Shown here: positions 62,009-64,000 of the stretch, in pieces | Layout: each line of letters starts with the position of its first letter | Position numbering within the stretch: position 1 is the stretch's first letter | From: Blepharisma stoltei ATCC 30299 | Taxonomy: Eukaryota > Protista > Ciliophora | DNA length: 64,000 nucleotides | Assembly: GCA_965603825.1 (NCBI GenBank) | Contig: CBFDEM010000058.1 | Span: 372,001 to 436,000, forward strand | Reading direction: 5' to 3' | Position numbers and translations under genes: made by a program | The notes under the pieces: model-generated | The model's database searches: none | The model's input: only the letters and a program-made list of their open reading frames with translations | Told to the model about the DNA's origin: nothing

Positions 62009-63655
62009 ATGGACACTCCGATTTTCCAAGACAAAGTTATTTGCATTCTCTGTGGCTTTTGTGGTTTTACTAAAGTAAGCAAAGACATCATTTCTAATAA
62101 TATCGAAAAATTAGGGGGAACCACAGTCAAAAAAATTTCTCAACTCCCCGAAAATTTAACCCATCTTATAGTCCCTTACTTTTCAACTGAATCCAAACTG
62201 CTTAAAACATTGAAAATTTCGCAGCTTCCGGACTGCAAAATAGTTACCCAAGACTGGGCAATTCAAAGCATAAAATTAAAAACTCTTTTGCCTGAAGACA
62301 CATTTTTATGAAAATGCTATTTTCAACGACAACAAGAAAAAATGGCTGAGGTTGATGAATTAAAAAGAAAAAGTCAAATAGATGAAGAGTATCATATAAA
62401 TAAACAGTTAAAGCTACAAAGTAACATAAAAATCGAAGAAAACTTTGAAGAAAATGAAAATCAAATTAAAATTGAAGAAAATCTTGAAATAAAAAATGAA
62501 GAAAATGATATAAAGATTAAATTAGATCCTGATATTAAAATAGAAATAAAGCAAGAAGACGAAAGCTCTAGGTTTATTTCTGATAAAAGGAGGAGAGCGA
62601 ATTGGAAAGAAGATGAACTATCGAAATTTAAATTTTACACAGGAAAACAGAGCATAGATAATAAAAACGACCATATAATACAAATGTTAGAAGAGCTTAA
62701 GAATAATTATACAATCCTCAAAGATAAAGGCAGAATTATAGGCTACCAGAAAGCTATATCAGCCATAAGAAGTTTTCCAGAAAAAATAACCTCAATAGAG
62801 CAGCTTAAAGGGGTTAATCAAATAGGCAAACAAACACTCCAAAAAATCAAAGAAATTCTAGAGACAGGGTCTTTGAGCAGAGTAGAAGCAATGGATGAGC
62901 ATGAAAGGCTAGGCCAATTAAAATTATTTTTAAATATCTGAGGAGTTGGAACAGAAGCTGCAGAAAAACTTGTAAGAAAAGGCTATAAGACTATAGAAAT
63001 GATAAAAGCAAATCCTCCTGATTTTTTTAACGAAAATCAAAAAATTGGCCTTGCCCTTTATGACGAGCTTTTAGAAAAAATCCCCCGAGAAGAAGTCAAA
63101 GAAATTTCAGAAAAAATTACCAAAGTAGCCGAATCTTTAGCAAATGGAAGACAATTAACAGCGATTACTTGCGGATCTTACAGAAGAGGTCGCCCACTAT
63201 GTGGAGATATTGACATTTTGATGACTTTCGAAGATGGGGGAGCCCATACTGGCTTACTATCAATTTTAGTTGAAGAACTAAAAAAAATTGGTTTGGTTAC
63301 CCACACTTTAGTAATTACTGATGAAGAAATTAAAAAGAAGCACGAAAATTCCACCTTTGAAGGCATTGCAAAACTAGAAAATGGACTACATAGAAGAATT
63401 GATATAAAAATATACCCCAGAAAAACCTATGCATGGGCATTATTATATTTCACTGGATCTGCTATGTTTAATAGAAGCATGAGACTTTTCGCTAAAACTA
63501 AAGGGTTTAGGCTTTCTGACGAAGGAATATTCCCTGCAATTCGCTATAAAACGGAAACATTTACATGTGCACCAATTGCTGACTGTTATACAGAAGAAGA
63601 AATTTTTGAGTTTTTTGGGATGGCTTATAAAGCTCCGGAAGAAAGAGACATGTAA
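62009..63655 (+). CDS. POLL: DNA polymerase lambda-like (family X, BRCT domain)
   Basis: BRCT (THLIV...VTQDW), lyase domain, NI*GVG (TGA=W), CGSYRRG...GDIDIL, RRIDI and YFTGS..FNRSMR. Confidence 0.92.
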
Positions 63656-63668
63656 TTTATAACGAAAA

Positions 63669-64000
63669 TTATCTAAAATATCTCATAAGCCCACCAGGGC
63701 GGGTTATAACTTGTTCTTCATCTTTAAATTTCCCTTTGATTGCCTTTTTAAATTCTTTTTTAGTGCTTTCATCCAGCTTTGAAGATTTTACAGGAGATGC
63801 AGTTAATCTTGAAGAATTTATAGACTGCGATGAAGGCGTAAATGGGATTGACGTCAAATTTAAGCTGAGTTGGGCATCTGAAGATTTTCTTGATTTTAAT
63901 ATCAAAGCGTTCTGAATCCCTCTCATTTTAAATACCAATAAAGCTGAAAGCAAATTTCTCTGATGAATTCTTCTCCATTGACGCAAAAATCCTGAGATTT
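63669..64000 (-). CDS. 3' end of an unknown protein (partial)
   Basis: Open frame entering from the window edge and ending in TAA at 63669. Confidence 0.6.
   Translation of the reverse strand, partial: ISGFLRQWRRIHQRNLLSALLVFKMRGIQNALILKSRKSSDAQLSLNLTSIPFTPSSQSINSSRLTASPVKSSKLDESTKKEFKKAIKGKFKDEEQVITRPGGLMRYFR

Noticed and set aside
684-62941. Apparent widespread pseudogenes or selenoproteins from in-frame TGA
   Set aside because: TGA falls at conserved Trp positions in unrelated families; explained by the genetic code.
1-64000. Telomeric repeats, transposase or reverse-transcriptase genes, tRNAs, rDNA group I introns
   Set aside because: None seen by eye; rRNA lengths leave no room for introns. 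Short ncRNAs could have been missed without covariance searches.

Overview
AT-rich, gene-dense eukaryotic DNA, almost certainly from a heterotrich ciliate of the Blepharisma type. Conserved Trp positions are repeatedly encoded by in-frame TGA, genes end in TAA/TAG, and introns are 15-16 nt GT...AG. The supplied standard-code ORF track therefore fragments most genes; I re-joined them reading UGA as Trp. The window holds about 33 protein genes, including NLE1, a degenerate Rab, HEI10-like RING, two EF-hand-PIP5K paralogs, Sec24-like, DENN, an ATXR3/SDG2-like SET protein, two RP2-like copies, DUF229-like, a spastin-like AAA ATPase and Pol lambda. It also holds one complete 18S-5.8S-28S rDNA unit embedded among protein genes with extremely short spacers, two identical 5S genes each paired head-to-head with a diverged dehydrogenase paralog, and a local duplication built on a clathrin heavy-chain pseudogene. 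The most unexplained signal is a 55-56 bp GC-rich palindrome found twice, about 34.5 kb apart, in long gene-free gaps: TATAG-N6-CCCGAGGATGGCGC-6 nt loop-GCGCCATCCTCGG(G)-N6'-CTATA. Its N6/N6' segments differ between copies but stay complementary, suggesting a family of cruciform/hairpin cis-elements. All product names come from motif recognition by eye, not database searches.
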